Part shown: positions 11,360-21,460 of the stretch, in pieces | Layout: each line of letters begins with the position of its first letter | Numbering within the stretch: the first letter of the stretch is position 1 | IMG/VR virus record: IMGVR_UViG_3300021400_000025 | Coordinates: 354,069 to 418,068 of that record | Reading direction: 5' to 3' (one strand) | DNA: 64,000 bases | Source: a virus | Lineage: Duplodnaviria > Heunggongvirae > Uroviricota > Caudoviricetes | Program-made: the position numbers and the translations under genes | Notes under the pieces: model-generated | The model's input: only the letters and a program-made list of their open reading frames with translations | What the model was told of the DNA's origin: nothing | The model's database searches: none

Positions 11360-11723
11360 CTTTGCAAATCCAAATGCCATAGAAGAACCTCGTATGTCCT
11401 GCAACACCCGCGCTTCCTTCCTCAGTGAGACGAAACACCTCATATCCTTGACACCCACACAAGTCGAACAAGTAATGTAGGACTTGGTACTTGTCAGCAG
11501 TCTTGTGGGACTTGAGCGTTGTCTTGTTGCCTTTCCTTGAGCAAAGGAACAAGTCGAAATATGGATACTTACCCTGATTCTTGTCGTCCGTGAGAATTTC
11601 ACAAATTCGGGTCATGAACTCACCTGTGTTTATGTGGTTCTCGTATGAACACAAGAACAGTTGCGCAAGTTCCGAAATGTATTGTGGCTTCTCGTAGCAG
11701 TCCATCGTCATGTCTCCAATCAT
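11352..11723 (-). CDS. Hypothetical protein
   Basis: ORF in the early cluster. Confidence 0.5.
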   Translation of the reverse strand: MIGDMTMDCYEKPQYISELAQLFLCSYENHINTGEFMTRICEILTDDKNQGKYPYFDLFLCSRKGNKTTLKSHKTADKYQVLHYLFDLCGCQGYEVFRLTEEGSAGVAGHTRFFYGIWICKAP

Positions 11724-11744
11724 TCATGCCCAACTGTGGAAAAA

Positions 11745-12449
11745 TCACATCGACATTCCAGACAATATGTCGTCAATCTTAAAATCCAAATCTGAGTATC
11801 CATAATATCCACTAGCTGGATTGAACGACACATTGGTTGACGAATTGGAATCCATGACATTCCCAATCATTTCGATGAGGTCGGCATTTATGTTACTGAT
11901 AGTATTTCCTGTAAGCACGACTCCAATTCCAAGAATCCCCTTGGTGCGCTTGTAGCTTGGGGTGAAGTTGAACTCGCAAATGTCGTATGAAAGCGACAAA
12001 CCCATCAAGGTGTCATATACCTCGTCCTTATCGAAGCAATACTTGATTCTATTGTTGTGCTGAGACAAGCCACCGTTTTCGTTCAGAAACTCGTCCACGC
12101 CAAGTTTGCCATTGCCAATTTCCCAAATGTCAACTCCCCTAATGGGGCATCCACTTGCAGAAGCAAGGACATTTCTCAGCTTCCCCATGATGTCGGAATT
12201 GGCACATATTGGCTGGACAAGAACATGAGTCTCCTTCTTGGTTTCCTTCGCTACAGGGACAATGGAAATTTCAGATTCCTCACTGCCACCCTCATCGAGA
12301 ACAGCACTTGCCTTTGGTGCAAGCGTCTCTTTCTGACATACGCGCTTGGTTCGCTTGAACTCAATTATCTTCGTCGCAATGACATAGACCAGATATGACG
12401 GCACGGAGATTGCCGAACCAAACACGAACAAGGTAATAAGTGTTTCCAT
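11745..12449 (-). CDS. Hypothetical protein with N-terminal TM helix
   Basis: GGAGG RBS before METLITLFVFG. Confidence 0.6.
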   Translation of the reverse strand: METLITLFVFGSAISVPSYLVYVIATKIIEFKRTKRVCQKETLAPKASAVLDEGGSEESEISIVPVAKETKKETHVLVQPICANSDIMGKLRNVLASASGCPIRGVDIWEIGNGKLGVDEFLNENGGLSQHNNRIKYCFDKDEVYDTLMGLSLSYDICEFNFTPSYKRTKGILGIGVVLTGNTISNINADLIEMIGNVMDSNSSTNVSFNPASGYYGYSDLDFKIDDILSGMSM

Positions 12450-12468
12450 GTTTATGCCTCCAATTTCA

Positions 12469-13212
12469 TCAGACATACTCAATGGTTGAGCGGATGTCAA
12501 CAATGTCAATGTCAACGCCATACTTGAAGGAAATCGTCTTGCGCAACTCGTTGATTTTGGTCTGGAGGGCAACATCCGCAAAGTCCTTCTTGGATGCTTT
12601 CATGTGGACGGCGAAGCAAAGACGCGCCTTGCCATCCTTGGTCAGCTTCACCTTCACAGTGTCTGCGTCCACGCTGAACTCCTGGGGGATGCCGGTTCCA
12701 GACAAGTCCTTGGCGAAGGTTGCCTTGACATTGCCAACGAGTTCGGCATTGAAGTGGCTCACGGTCTTGCGCTTGTCGCCGAAGGTGAAAATCTTCGTTG
12801 ACTTGGAAGCCTCGTTGAAGTCGTATAGGCAGGCAACGCCATACTTCTGCCCCAGACGTTCAACCAACATCTTCTTCCACGCCTTGTGGAAGACTCCACC
12901 ACTCTTTCCCTTTCCGAATGTCCCATCTGATATTCTGGCACGATATGACTCAACCACCTTGTACCAACCAAGGTGGTCATATACGCGCATCACCTCGTCT
13001 GCGTCACTCGCTGCCAACTCCACGATTCCAACCATGCGTCCTGCGGCCTTTTCGCCATCCCAACACTCACCTTTCACAGCAAGCCCATAGTAGAGGATGC
13101 GCACCTTGGTGGCATTTTGGTGCTTCGCCCAGCTATGCAGGTCCTTCTCGGTGGGAAGTCCACCCTGGGGGTTGCCATAGATGATGATGTCGTGCCATGT
13201 CTTCATTGTCAA
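12469..13212 (-). CDS. Hypothetical protein
   Basis: 247-aa ORF overlapping the neighbouring stop. Confidence 0.65.
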   Translation of the reverse strand: MTMKTWHDIIIYGNPQGGLPTEKDLHSWAKHQNATKVRILYYGLAVKGECWDGEKAAGRMVGIVELAASDADEVMRVYDHLGWYKVVESYRARISDGTFGKGKSGGVFHKAWKKMLVERLGQKYGVACLYDFNEASKSTKIFTFGDKRKTVSHFNAELVGNVKATFAKDLSGTGIPQEFSVDADTVKVKLTKDGKARLCFAVHMKASKKDFADVALQTKINELRKTISFKYGVDIDIVDIRSTIEYV

Positions 13213-13481
13213 ACTCCCTTCTTCACAAGAACCCTTGCGTGGAACTTGCCCCAGAATCCATCGTTGACATCCTGGCAGGAGTACATGTTGTCCGGCAGGA
13301 CATCCACAACCACAAGGTTGCGCGGAACTGCAGGATGGGAATAATGCACCTTGTCCCCAACTTTGAACTTTCTATAGACGAACCTGTTCTTGAAGATGCC
13401 GACCCTCTTCACAGAAATGCCATAAGGTTCGTTTCTAAATGGGTCAAACAGACCCTTGAACCAGTCAACAATGGTTTTCAT
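13209..13481 (-). CDS. Hypothetical protein (SH3-like FKVGDKV motif)
   Basis: AAGGAG RBS before MKTIVDW. Confidence 0.55.
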   Translation of the reverse strand: MKTIVDWFKGLFDPFRNEPYGISVKRVGIFKNRFVYRKFKVGDKVHYSHPAVPRNLVVVDVLPDNMYSCQDVNDGFWGKFHARVLVKKGV

Positions 13482-13504
13482 TGTCTTTACTCCTTCTTCA
13501 CATT

Positions 13505-13711
13505 TCACTTTTTGGCGTAAATCGGCTCCCAATGCGTAACAACCATCCTGTCGGGCCACTTTCGCGCCAATCCGTACATTCGCATCTTTGCCTCGGCTTC
13601 TGCGGCATTCCTGTCGGTTCCCTGCACCACAACCCGGTCAATCTGAAAGTCCTTGCCGTCCCTATCTACAAGTTTGATGATGAAACTGAATCCTATGGTG
13701 TTCTCAGCCAT
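13505..13711 (-). CDS. Hypothetical protein
   Basis: AAGGAG RBS. Confidence 0.55.
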   Translation of the reverse strand: MAENTIGFSFIIKLVDRDGKDFQIDRVVVQGTDRNAAEAEAKMRMYGLARKWPDRMVVTHWEPIYAKK

Positions 13712-13730
13712 TTTGGGACACTCCTTTCAA

Positions 13731-14081
13731 TCACGCAACCTTGTTCGCCTTGACATAGGCGGCTTCCAACTTCTCCATCGAGAAGTAGTCCATCTCCATG
13801 AGCTGGCGGGTGTATTTGCCCATCTTGGCGAACACCCACTTCATCTGCTTGGGGCTGAGCCAACCATGGGTCTTGTACCACTCGGCGAAGCGAGTCAGGA
13901 GGGTGGCGTCCCCTACCGTGAAGCCAACGCCATTGAGCGCGTGGGTGCACTCGCCATTCTGCTCCGAGTCGGTCTGGTTGTCGTATATGCGAAGCAAGGC
14001 AGCCTTCGCCCACTTCTCGTTCGTGGTGAGCATCTTGCGGAGGAACTCCACCAGAGCGGCTTTCGTAATCTTCTTCTCCAT
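13731..14081 (-). CDS. Hypothetical early protein
   Basis: First gene after an early promoter; AGGAG RBS. Confidence 0.65.
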   Translation of the reverse strand: MEKKITKAALVEFLRKMLTTNEKWAKAALLRIYDNQTDSEQNGECTHALNGVGFTVGDATLLTRFAEWYKTHGWLSPKQMKWVFAKMGKYTRQLMEMDYFSMEKLEAAYVKANKVA

Positions 14082-14129
14082 GACTTCTTCTCCTAATGGG
14101 GAACTCGTGGGCATCCCCTTCTCCCTCAC

Positions 14130-14172
14130 AACACCTACAGTATACCATAATTCTGGATTCAGCGCAAGGGGG
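14130..14172 (-). promoter_or_regulatory. Sigma70-type early promoter
   Basis: CCCCC-TTGCGC-N17-TATACT-GTAGGTGTT, extended -10 TG. Confidence 0.75.
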
Positions 14173-14222
14173 TTTCATCAAGTTTTTTGTAAATATTCAT
14201 TGGACAGCACAATAAGCATATA

Positions 14223-14447
14223 ATGAAGAAAAACACCCCCAAAATGAACGAATCTAAACAAGAATCACTCTTCGCCCAACAGGACAAGTGGAAGTTGTTC
14301 AAATGGATATGGGATGAATTGGACACATGCCCATATGTGGCAGGCGTAGAGGACGCAGACGCATAGCATGGAACACTTGAAGTTGCCACCAAAAACGGCG
14401 ACACATTTGTTCTGATTCTCAAAAAGGGGAGTTGGAGGGAAGTATGA
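14223..14447 (+). CDS. Hidden 74-aa protein (TAG 14364-14366 read through)
   Basis: Follows GTAAATA at 14189; ends with an ATGA overlap into the next gene; resembles the C-terminal domain of 14824..15363. Confidence 0.6.
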
Positions 14448-14827
14448 TAGAATGGATGATTAAACTTGGATTGAAGATGGTTCCGTATTCAACATTGGTG
14501 GAGGTCATAGCCACTGCGATTGCCTACATCATGGACTACGCCAGAAAGAACTCCACAAAGGACGGATGGGAAAAGGCGAAGAAGACCATACACGAAGTGC
14601 GCAATTGGACAACATTGTTCGATGAAGTCTATGAGGACGATACCTTGACTCCTGAAGAGGAGAAGAAAATCCAGAACGCAATAGCCAACTGCACCGTGAC
14701 AACCTCAATCTACAATCTCATCAAGGGCAAGAAAGCCCCGAAGAAGGAGACCTGGAGGAACAGTCGCAGGAAAACAACAACATCTTCATCAACGAAAAGA
14801 AAAACCAAAAAACAGAAAGAGGCATGA
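14444..14827 (+). CDS. Hypothetical protein, hydrophobic N-terminus and basic tail
   Basis: GGAGG RBS; ATGA overlaps at both ends. Confidence 0.6.
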   Translation: MIEWMIKLGLKMVPYSTLVEVIATAIAYIMDYARKNSTKDGWEKAKKTIHEVRNWTTLFDEVYEDDTLTPEEEKKIQNAIANCTVTTSIYNLIKGKKAPKKETWRNSRRKTTTSSSTKRKTKKQKEA

Positions 14828-15363
14828 AGGAAATGAAATTCAGAAGAATCGTGAAAGAATCCAACAAGGACATCCTGAAGGAAATAGAGAGGATGTACGG
14901 CGTCAAGACCGCAAGGGCACTGGAAAAATATTGCGCAAAGAAGGGCATAGATCCAGAGAGGGTCGTCAACGACACAAGCACCGACAGAAATGGGATGTGC
15001 GAATGGGACAAGTTCGATGTCTGGGCGCAGAAGCAGGGAGTTGACTTCGCCGCCAACTTTGGAGATGTGGACATGGACAGTCTGTTGGGAGTTGATGACA
15101 AGAAGAAGACCAAGAAGCCCAAAGGTCGCGCCACGAAAATCTACGATAGACCTTCTGATGCAGACGTCTATGGAGAGTCTGGCGATCAGGACGAGAACGA
15201 CGTCCTGGACTTCATCACTGACGAACTCAACGAATGCGAATGGGTGAAATGGGTTGACTTTGACGACTACGATGCCACTTGCACGATTGGAACTTCCAGC
15301 GGAAAGGCGTATGACATTTCCGTGAAGGAGAACACCACGGTGCAGATTGACGACGAGGACTGA
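14824..15363 (+). CDS. Hypothetical protein beginning MKFRRIVKES (putative head-internal protein)
   Basis: ORF with a CTS-like N-terminus. Confidence 0.6.
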   Translation: MKEMKFRRIVKESNKDILKEIERMYGVKTARALEKYCAKKGIDPERVVNDTSTDRNGMCEWDKFDVWAQKQGVDFAANFGDVDMDSLLGVDDKKKTKKPKGRATKIYDRPSDADVYGESGDQDENDVLDFITDELNECEWVKWVDFDDYDATCTIGTSSGKAYDISVKENTTVQIDDED

Positions 15364-15366
15364 AAA

Positions 15367-15531
15367 ATGGGCGAGTCCAGACTGACAAAGCGGGACAAGG
15401 GGAAAATCCTTGACCTTGCGATGAACTACGCATGGAACTGCTGGCATTTGGGGGATCAGATGTTTGAATGGGAGGATGCGGAGAACGATGATTCGCGCTT
15501 CCAACTTGAAGAATATCTGGATTCAATCTGA
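15367..15531 (+). CDS. Small hypothetical protein (54 aa)
   Basis: Fills the gap; GAGG upstream. Confidence 0.4.
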   Translation: MGESRLTKRDKGKILDLAMNYAWNCWHLGDQMFEWEDAENDDSRFQLEEYLDSI

Positions 15532-15563
15532 ACAACAAACAACAAAAACGAGGTAAAACAAAA

Positions 15564-16166
15564 ATGGTATACATCAACAAACTAAATGGTGGAGACATCA
15601 CGATTGGAGCGGGTGGTTCAGCTCCAGCAGGACATCCAGAGACAAGATTCACTCTCCAAGATGGAACTGTTGAGACCTATAACATAACAGGACCACTTGA
15701 CCAACAATGGCTGAGTAATAATGGGTATTATATCCCATGGGATGATGAAACGAGTGAAGGTGATGTGTGGTTAAAGACCATAACTCAAGTAGACATTGGA
15801 AATACTGTGACAAGCATTGGGGAGGGTACGTTCACAAATTGCTTAAACCTTACGATCGTAACAGCTCCTGACAGCGTGACGAGCATTGAGGAGGGTTATA
15901 CGTTCAACGGTTGCAGCAACCTTACGAGCGTGACGTTACCAGGCGTTGTGGGGACAATTGGGGACGAGGCATTCTATGGATGCAGCAACCTCACAGAGTT
16001 GACGATATCGGATGGAGTGACGAGCATAGCGTCTTCTGCATTCTACGATTGTGGAAGTCTTACTGGTGTTACAATAACTGCAAATGGTGGAAATGCTGAA
16101 AATGTCAAGCAAATGATGATTGAAGCTGGTGTTGATGAGAACATCACCTGGAACATGCCAAGCTGA
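15564..16166 (+). CDS. BspA-type leucine-rich repeat (LRR_5) protein
   Basis: Repeats VTSIGEGTFTNCLNLT / TIGDEAFYGCSNLT / VTSIASSAFYDCGSLT. Confidence 0.88.
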   Translation: MVYINKLNGGDITIGAGGSAPAGHPETRFTLQDGTVETYNITGPLDQQWLSNNGYYIPWDDETSEGDVWLKTITQVDIGNTVTSIGEGTFTNCLNLTIVTAPDSVTSIEEGYTFNGCSNLTSVTLPGVVGTIGDEAFYGCSNLTELTISDGVTSIASSAFYDCGSLTGVTITANGGNAENVKQMMIEAGVDENITWNMPS

Positions 16167-16191
16167 AACAATGTGTCACACAAAAACAATC

Positions 16192-16228
16192 AAGGTTGGT
16201 TCTTCACTGAACCAACCTTCTTCTTTTC
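16192..16228. terminator. Hairpin terminator between convergent genes
   Basis: AAGGTTGGTTC-ttcact-GAACCAACCTT followed by a T-rich tract. Confidence 0.6.
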
Positions 16229-16386
16229 GCCTCATCTTCAAGTTCCATCATCTGATCCCACAGCTCGAAATGCTGGTTCTCTGACAGACACTCCACACCT
16301 GGCTTATAATGGTTGTCCACGTCCTGCTTCAACTTCAGAAGCAATTCCTCGATTCCGCCCTCGATGTCATTGATGCCGTCCATCAT
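16204..16386 (-). CDS. Hypothetical protein
   Basis: ATGA overlap with the Mre11-like gene. Confidence 0.5.
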   Translation of the reverse strand: MMDGINDIEGGIEELLLKLKQDVDNHYKPGVECLSENQHFELWDQMMELEDEAKRRRLVQ

Positions 16387-17546
16387 GCTGTCGCCGCCCT
16401 GTCGTAGTATTCCTTCATCAGTTCAAGCAATTTCGCGTTGTCAATGGCTTCGTGGTGGATTTTCTCAATCTGCTTCTTGATGTAGTCGAACTTGTCAACC
16501 ACTATGCCCATGTCGTCATCAGAACCTTCTGGCTGCTCCCCATCTTCCGATATTCCAAGCACGAACACTGAACTGTCCTCTTCATACACACCTGCGTCAG
16601 CAACCAGATTGTCCATCTTCCCCTTCTGTTCGTCCGTGAGGACAACATCATAGCATCTTCTCACTATTGCGCCCTTCAGCTTCGTCTCGTCCACAGTCCC
16701 ATTCACAACGTCGGACGCATACAATGTCACGAACTTTGGTATGGATGCGGTCTGGTGGAATGTCTCGTTGTTGCTCTCGTCCAATATGAAATAGCCATGC
16801 TGCTTCTTCTCGTCGGGAAGTCTCTGCATGTCATGCACCTGATATTGAGGGGAGCCGACTATGTTCCATGTTCTGTTCTCGAACGTCACTGTTTCGTGAT
16901 CGTGTATGTGCCCCATGTAGATGGTGGAGAAATCGTGCGTGTGGTGGAGGATCTCGGATATGATGTTCCCAGTCTCAACCTCGGAGAAGTTCCTTCCACC
17001 AGCCTTGTACGCCTCGGCATAGTGCTGTCCCTTGCTCTTGATGTCTCCAGCATAGGATATATCGAAATGCCCCATCATGATGTCGTAGATGTCGGAAAGG
17101 TGGTTTCTTCTGATGTTGTCGTTCAAAGTGGTTCCACACAACCAAGGTACAAGCAGAACCTTCTGCCCGTTCAACTTGAGTTCAGTGGGAACCGATATGA
17201 TGTTCACGTTGTTCAATTCAAATATGTTCAGGGAAGTGATGACGCTGTTGTACTTCTCGTACAGGTCATGGTTTCCCTGGAGAAGGAACACCTCGCAGGT
17301 GGACGCCAACTTTCTGACGAGATCGTTCGCCACATTCAGCGATGTCACCTCAATGGCGGTTCTTTGGTGGAAGAGATCCCCCAGGAAGAACACCTGCTTG
17401 ATGCCCTCTGTCTCTATGCGTCCAATCATCTCGTCGATGACCTTCTCCGCTATCTTCTGCCGAGAGGGCTTGTCGTTGGAGATTCCAACATGGAGGTCCG
17501 TGAATACAAGGGACTTCCCAGTGCGCTCAATGTTCTTTGTTGTCAT
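16383..17546 (-). CDS. Mre11/SbcD-like recombination nuclease (T4 gp47-like)
   Basis: DLHVG, GDLFH, GNHD, GHF and GHIH phosphoesterase motifs. Confidence 0.88.
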   Translation of the reverse strand: MTTKNIERTGKSLVFTDLHVGISNDKPSRQKIAEKVIDEMIGRIETEGIKQVFFLGDLFHQRTAIEVTSLNVANDLVRKLASTCEVFLLQGNHDLYEKYNSVITSLNIFELNNVNIISVPTELKLNGQKVLLVPWLCGTTLNDNIRRNHLSDIYDIMMGHFDISYAGDIKSKGQHYAEAYKAGGRNFSEVETGNIISEILHHTHDFSTIYMGHIHDHETVTFENRTWNIVGSPQYQVHDMQRLPDEKKQHGYFILDESNNETFHQTASIPKFVTLYASDVVNGTVDETKLKGAIVRRCYDVVLTDEQKGKMDNLVADAGVYEEDSSVFVLGISEDGEQPEGSDDDMGIVVDKFDYIKKQIEKIHHEAIDNAKLLELMKEYYDRAATA

Positions 17547-17550
17547 TTTC

Positions 17551-18336
17551 CTATTGCTTCCTCTGCTGTTCAAGCATTTTCTTGTAGTATGTGTCTGTGT
17601 ATATCCTGTCGAAGTAGTCCGAGAAGTTGGGTATGGATCTGTTGAACGCGGACTTAATCTCAACTGCCAAGGTTGAATACTCGTCCTTGTGGTTGAAGTA
17701 CCTTCCCCTGAACACCTCCCATGCATCCTGAAGTTCTGAGTTCTCATAGCACTTCCTTATCGCAACCTCAACCTCTGGGAGAAATGGGAGGAGAATCACG
17801 GAGAAATCGCCCGACATCACATACTTGTCCAGCGTGTGCCTCTCGGCAAGCGTCTTCACGCAAGCAGATGGCTCGTTGAAGCCAAGGGTGTATGTCAGAT
17901 GAAGATACTTCTTCACCGCCTTTGAGAATCGGTCAACCAACGCCCGACGGGCATTCACAAGCCTTTGCTTCTTCTTCAGGCTCCGCGTTTCCTCAACCAC
18001 GATCCCAATAAGGCGTTGCATCCCCCTTACTGTGGTTGGCACTTTGGATATTCTGTCCGCGACCTTCCTGAACACAATCTGCCTGTCCTCCACCGTCACC
18101 GCGTTCTTCAGAAACATCTCGTAGATCTGGTCGAAGTGCCGCTTGAACTTCCTGTACATCGACTTGCCATCGTAGTTGTCCATGTATGCCACCGAAATGT
18201 TCCTCACGGGACCATTGTCGTTGAACAGTTTAATGTAGAGGGGAAGAACCCTTGCGACATCAGACGGGGAAAGAAGCTGGTAGCTCTTCAGCCTCCTCTC
18301 CATGTTGTCAATGTACCGGTTGTCTCTGATATCCAT
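17551..18336 (-). CDS. Hypothetical protein (TAG end; ~7 more codons to TGA if recoded)
   Basis: Long ORF in the replication/recombination operon. Confidence 0.6.
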   Translation of the reverse strand: MDIRDNRYIDNMERRLKSYQLLSPSDVARVLPLYIKLFNDNGPVRNISVAYMDNYDGKSMYRKFKRHFDQIYEMFLKNAVTVEDRQIVFRKVADRISKVPTTVRGMQRLIGIVVEETRSLKKKQRLVNARRALVDRFSKAVKKYLHLTYTLGFNEPSACVKTLAERHTLDKYVMSGDFSVILLPFLPEVEVAIRKCYENSELQDAWEVFRGRYFNHKDEYSTLAVEIKSAFNRSIPNFSDYFDRIYTDTYYKKMLEQQRKQ

Positions 18337-18775
18337 CCAATATCTTTCTGATTGCGTTCGCCGTGCGCTTCCCAGTGAAGAAATAGTACCCATACACGGC
18401 ATACAGGGTCTCTATCACCTTGTCCACGCCAAAACCCCACCTGTCATGGAGTTGATGGACAAACTCCTCGTCCATGAACATGGACTTGATGTTGAAGAAC
18501 AAATCCTCCACAAGTTCCTTCAGTCCTGGAACCTGCCTTTTTTCATCCAATTCGCCAAGCCCCACCAACTTTGAATAGAAGTCCTCCGCCCTGAGATTGG
18601 GATGCCTCTCGATGATCTTCCCATACACGAAATCCAATTCCTGCAACCCCTCGGGGTCGTCAAAGCACACAGATACAGATGTCTCCTTCGTGTGGAAGGG
18701 GAATCTGTTGTTCTTGGGGTCATATTCAATCTTGTTCATCATATCATGCCAAAAAACAATAATCCTCAAGTTCAA
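18308..18775 (-). CDS. Hypothetical protein (start uncertain)
   Basis: ORF downstream of GTATAAT. Confidence 0.55.
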   Translation of the reverse strand: MNLRIIVFWHDMMNKIEYDPKNNRFPFHTKETSVSVCFDDPEGLQELDFVYGKIIERHPNLRAEDFYSKLVGLGELDEKRQVPGLKELVEDLFFNIKSMFMDEEFVHQLHDRWGFGVDKVIETLYAVYGYYFFTGKRTANAIRKILDGYQRQPVH

Positions 18776-18839
18776 TTATACGCTGAATGCGAAGGAAATG
18801 GTAAATACTCCAAAAGAAAACAGCAGAAAGGCATAGACA

Positions 18840-19580
18840 ATGGGTCAGAAGGACAAGACAAACCAGCATCTCAACGCGCAGGGACAAGGACTTGACGGAT
18901 TGTATCGTGGCGTGGTGCGCAAGCAGATGTCAGATGGAAGAGTCAAGGTGTTCGTGCCGTCGGTGTACGATCCACAATTCGAGGCAGATGGAAACGAAGA
19001 CTTCCTCCCAAACGCAGAGATTATGTTTCCAGTGTCGGCGAAATGCATAGACCAATCTGGATTCTTCGGGATTCCAGATGTGGGTTCCATAGTGTTCGTC
19101 AAGTTCCTCAATGGGGATGCAAACTATCCTCTTGTGGTTGGAGTGCAGGCGAACGCAGTTCCAGGATTCGGAAAGGCGACATTCAACAAGATGATGCGCA
19201 AGAAGAAGTATGTCAAGCAGATATTGAAGAATGGCGTCGCCGAGGTCGCTCTGGACGAAAACGGCTCAATAGAGATGACAGTGCAATCTCATGAGGGGGC
19301 TGCGCAGGACAATGGCTCAATGAAGGAGTGCAGAATCCTCATGGACAGAACCAACGTCAACAACAGAATCATATTGGATGCCGACGACATCATCTTGAAC
19401 TGCAGGAACCTGCTTCTCAAGACCTTCAACACCCAGATTGACGCCGGCAACAAGGTCATAATACATGGACGAGGTGGAAGGGTTGCCATCATGTCCCCAT
19501 CCATCTTCATCAACTCCAACTATGGACAGGGAACCAACGCCACAGTAATCAAGGGATCAAGTGGGACCATTGTTGTCTAA
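18840..19580 (+). CDS. Baseplate hub/spike, gp5/VgrG OB-fold
   Basis: LYRGVV..DGRVKVFVP..GFFGIPDVGSIVFVKFLNGDANYPLVVG; GTAAATA at 18801. Confidence 0.8.
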   Translation: MGQKDKTNQHLNAQGQGLDGLYRGVVRKQMSDGRVKVFVPSVYDPQFEADGNEDFLPNAEIMFPVSAKCIDQSGFFGIPDVGSIVFVKFLNGDANYPLVVGVQANAVPGFGKATFNKMMRKKKYVKQILKNGVAEVALDENGSIEMTVQSHEGAAQDNGSMKECRILMDRTNVNNRIILDADDIILNCRNLLLKTFNTQIDAGNKVIIHGRGGRVAIMSPSIFINSNYGQGTNATVIKGSSGTIVV

Positions 19581-20639
19581 TCAAGCCAACTTCAACTTCA
19601 TCTGCATCTTGAACGAAGACGAAATCATGCTCCTGACGATTCTATCGTCCATGAACACATCTGCCCTTCCAGTCGCTTTCACGAAGTCGTTCAGATCCTT
19701 GACCTTCGCCACACCAAGCAAATCGTACATGTCAAGGTACATGGCATCTGGATATCGTTCCATGTGCTTGAGCGCAGACTGAATTCCGGCAGCATCGTTA
19801 TCGAACGCAAGCACTATCTTGTGGCGTGGGTAGAATGTTGAGATCATCTTCATCTGGTACTCGGTCAGATTCCTTCCACCAAGGGCAACGCCATTCTTCA
19901 CGAAAAGAGAGTCGAATACGCCCTCTGTGCAGATGATGTATGGAAAACTCACATCAATCCCCGAAAGATTGAACACAGGCTTTGGCTGGAAGTTGATGTT
20001 CTCGTCCTTGGGAAAGATGTACTTGACCGAACCCTGACCCTTGATGTCGTACTTGTTGTAGTTCGCCATCTGATGGTATATTGCTGAATCGTCCCAGATG
20101 TACTGAATCAGAATGAACTCCCTTCCTGCCGGATCCAGGATTGAGAGCATCATGTCCCGTTTGTCCAGTGGGATTCTCCGCGAATCCAAATAGCCTTTTG
20201 CCGATGATGTCAATGGCTGTGTCTTCCACCCCATCTCAAGAAGATATCTGTATGATGGGCTTGGAGACAGAATCTCGATGTCCGAGCCACCTGCCATGAC
20301 AGATTCAACGATTCCAGAACCACCACCACCCTTGACAATGTTGTTGAAGTTGAGAACCTTGTACTCGTCTATGATGGAACTGAACACATCATGAGGGCAT
20401 ATTGCCTTGAGAAAGGCGTAGCCTGTCATTGATGTTCCACAGTTGAAGCAATAATATGTCCCGGTCTTGCGGTAGAAATACCCACGCTTCTTCTGCTTGT
20501 TCTTCTTCGAGTCCCCACATATGGGGCATCTAAATGTGATCTCGGAGTTGTTGCGCGACTTGAGCGAAGAGTCTGGCAGGTTTTGCCAGACTTTCTCATC
20601 AACATAGCTTATCCAAGATCTGTCCTTCCAATCAATCAT
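19581..20639 (-). CDS. DNA primase, T4 gp61-like
   Basis: RCPICGDSKKNKQKKRGY..YYCFNCG zinc finger; TOPRIM EGVFD and FDNDAAG. Confidence 0.92.
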   Translation of the reverse strand: MIDWKDRSWISYVDEKVWQNLPDSSLKSRNNSEITFRCPICGDSKKNKQKKRGYFYRKTGTYYCFNCGTSMTGYAFLKAICPHDVFSSIIDEYKVLNFNNIVKGGGGSGIVESVMAGGSDIEILSPSPSYRYLLEMGWKTQPLTSSAKGYLDSRRIPLDKRDMMLSILDPAGREFILIQYIWDDSAIYHQMANYNKYDIKGQGSVKYIFPKDENINFQPKPVFNLSGIDVSFPYIICTEGVFDSLFVKNGVALGGRNLTEYQMKMISTFYPRHKIVLAFDNDAAGIQSALKHMERYPDAMYLDMYDLLGVAKVKDLNDFVKATGRADVFMDDRIVRSMISSSFKMQMKLKLA

Positions 20640-21417
20640 CTTCCCTTGAAGTCACGGCGAACACGAAACCAAGCCTGTCCTCGCCATTGAGGACCATGAT
20701 GTGTGGGGCACAGAAGATGCTCTCCCAATCAGTGCCCTCAAGGTATTCCTCAATCTCGTCCTGGATGTCCTTGTCCATGTTCACGGCATGGGCAATCTTC
20801 GCAGCACGCCGCATGTCCAACTGGGGGTTCTTGTGCTGGTTGAACGCGATGAAGATACAGTCCTTGGAGGGGGTGGCAATCGTGGAGGTGTCCCAGACTA
20901 TTGGCTGGCTTGTCTTGATGAGGAATGTCAACCGGTTCGCAATGAAGACAAACGGGTTCTTCACATTCTCGTCCCTTTCGTCTTCTTCCTCTTCCTCATC
21001 GTCAAGGATTTCAGTGCGCTTGGGTTGCTTAAGGGAGACAAGATCCTTGAACTCCTTTCCAGACGAAAGCATGTCGAAGATGGAGGGTGGAACCCTTTCA
21101 ATCTCTTCATCTTCTTCGTCCTCGGCACACATCACATCCTGCTCGTGGATATATGGAGGTTCATCGTCCTCATAGGCATCCCCTTCGTCAAAACCCTCCT
21201 CGTCTTCGTCATCTTCAATATCGTCAATCTTCCAATGGAAATCGTCCTTCGGCTTCTTGACTTGGGCAACACCATTCCCATCTTCAAGCCTACCAAACAA
21301 CTTCGAGAAAATCTCATCGAGCTCTGGCGAACAGATGATTTCAAAGTTCCGACCAATCCTTCTTGCTCGGCCCAGGTTGTTTTCGTTCTTCTCAAAGTAT
21401 CTGTGCGGTTCAAACAT
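20632..21417 (-). CDS. Acidic hypothetical protein
   Basis: ORF after TTTACT-N17-TATAAT; overlaps the primase start. Confidence 0.65.
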   Translation of the reverse strand: MFEPHRYFEKNENNLGRARRIGRNFEIICSPELDEIFSKLFGRLEDGNGVAQVKKPKDDFHWKIDDIEDDEDEEGFDEGDAYEDDEPPYIHEQDVMCAEDEEDEEIERVPPSIFDMLSSGKEFKDLVSLKQPKRTEILDDEEEEEDERDENVKNPFVFIANRLTFLIKTSQPIVWDTSTIATPSKDCIFIAFNQHKNPQLDMRRAAKIAHAVNMDKDIQDEIEEYLEGTDWESIFCAPHIMVLNGEDRLGFVFAVTSREDD

Positions 21418-21460
21418 GCGTTGTCATTCCTTTCAATCAATTATACCACAATCAGATGAA

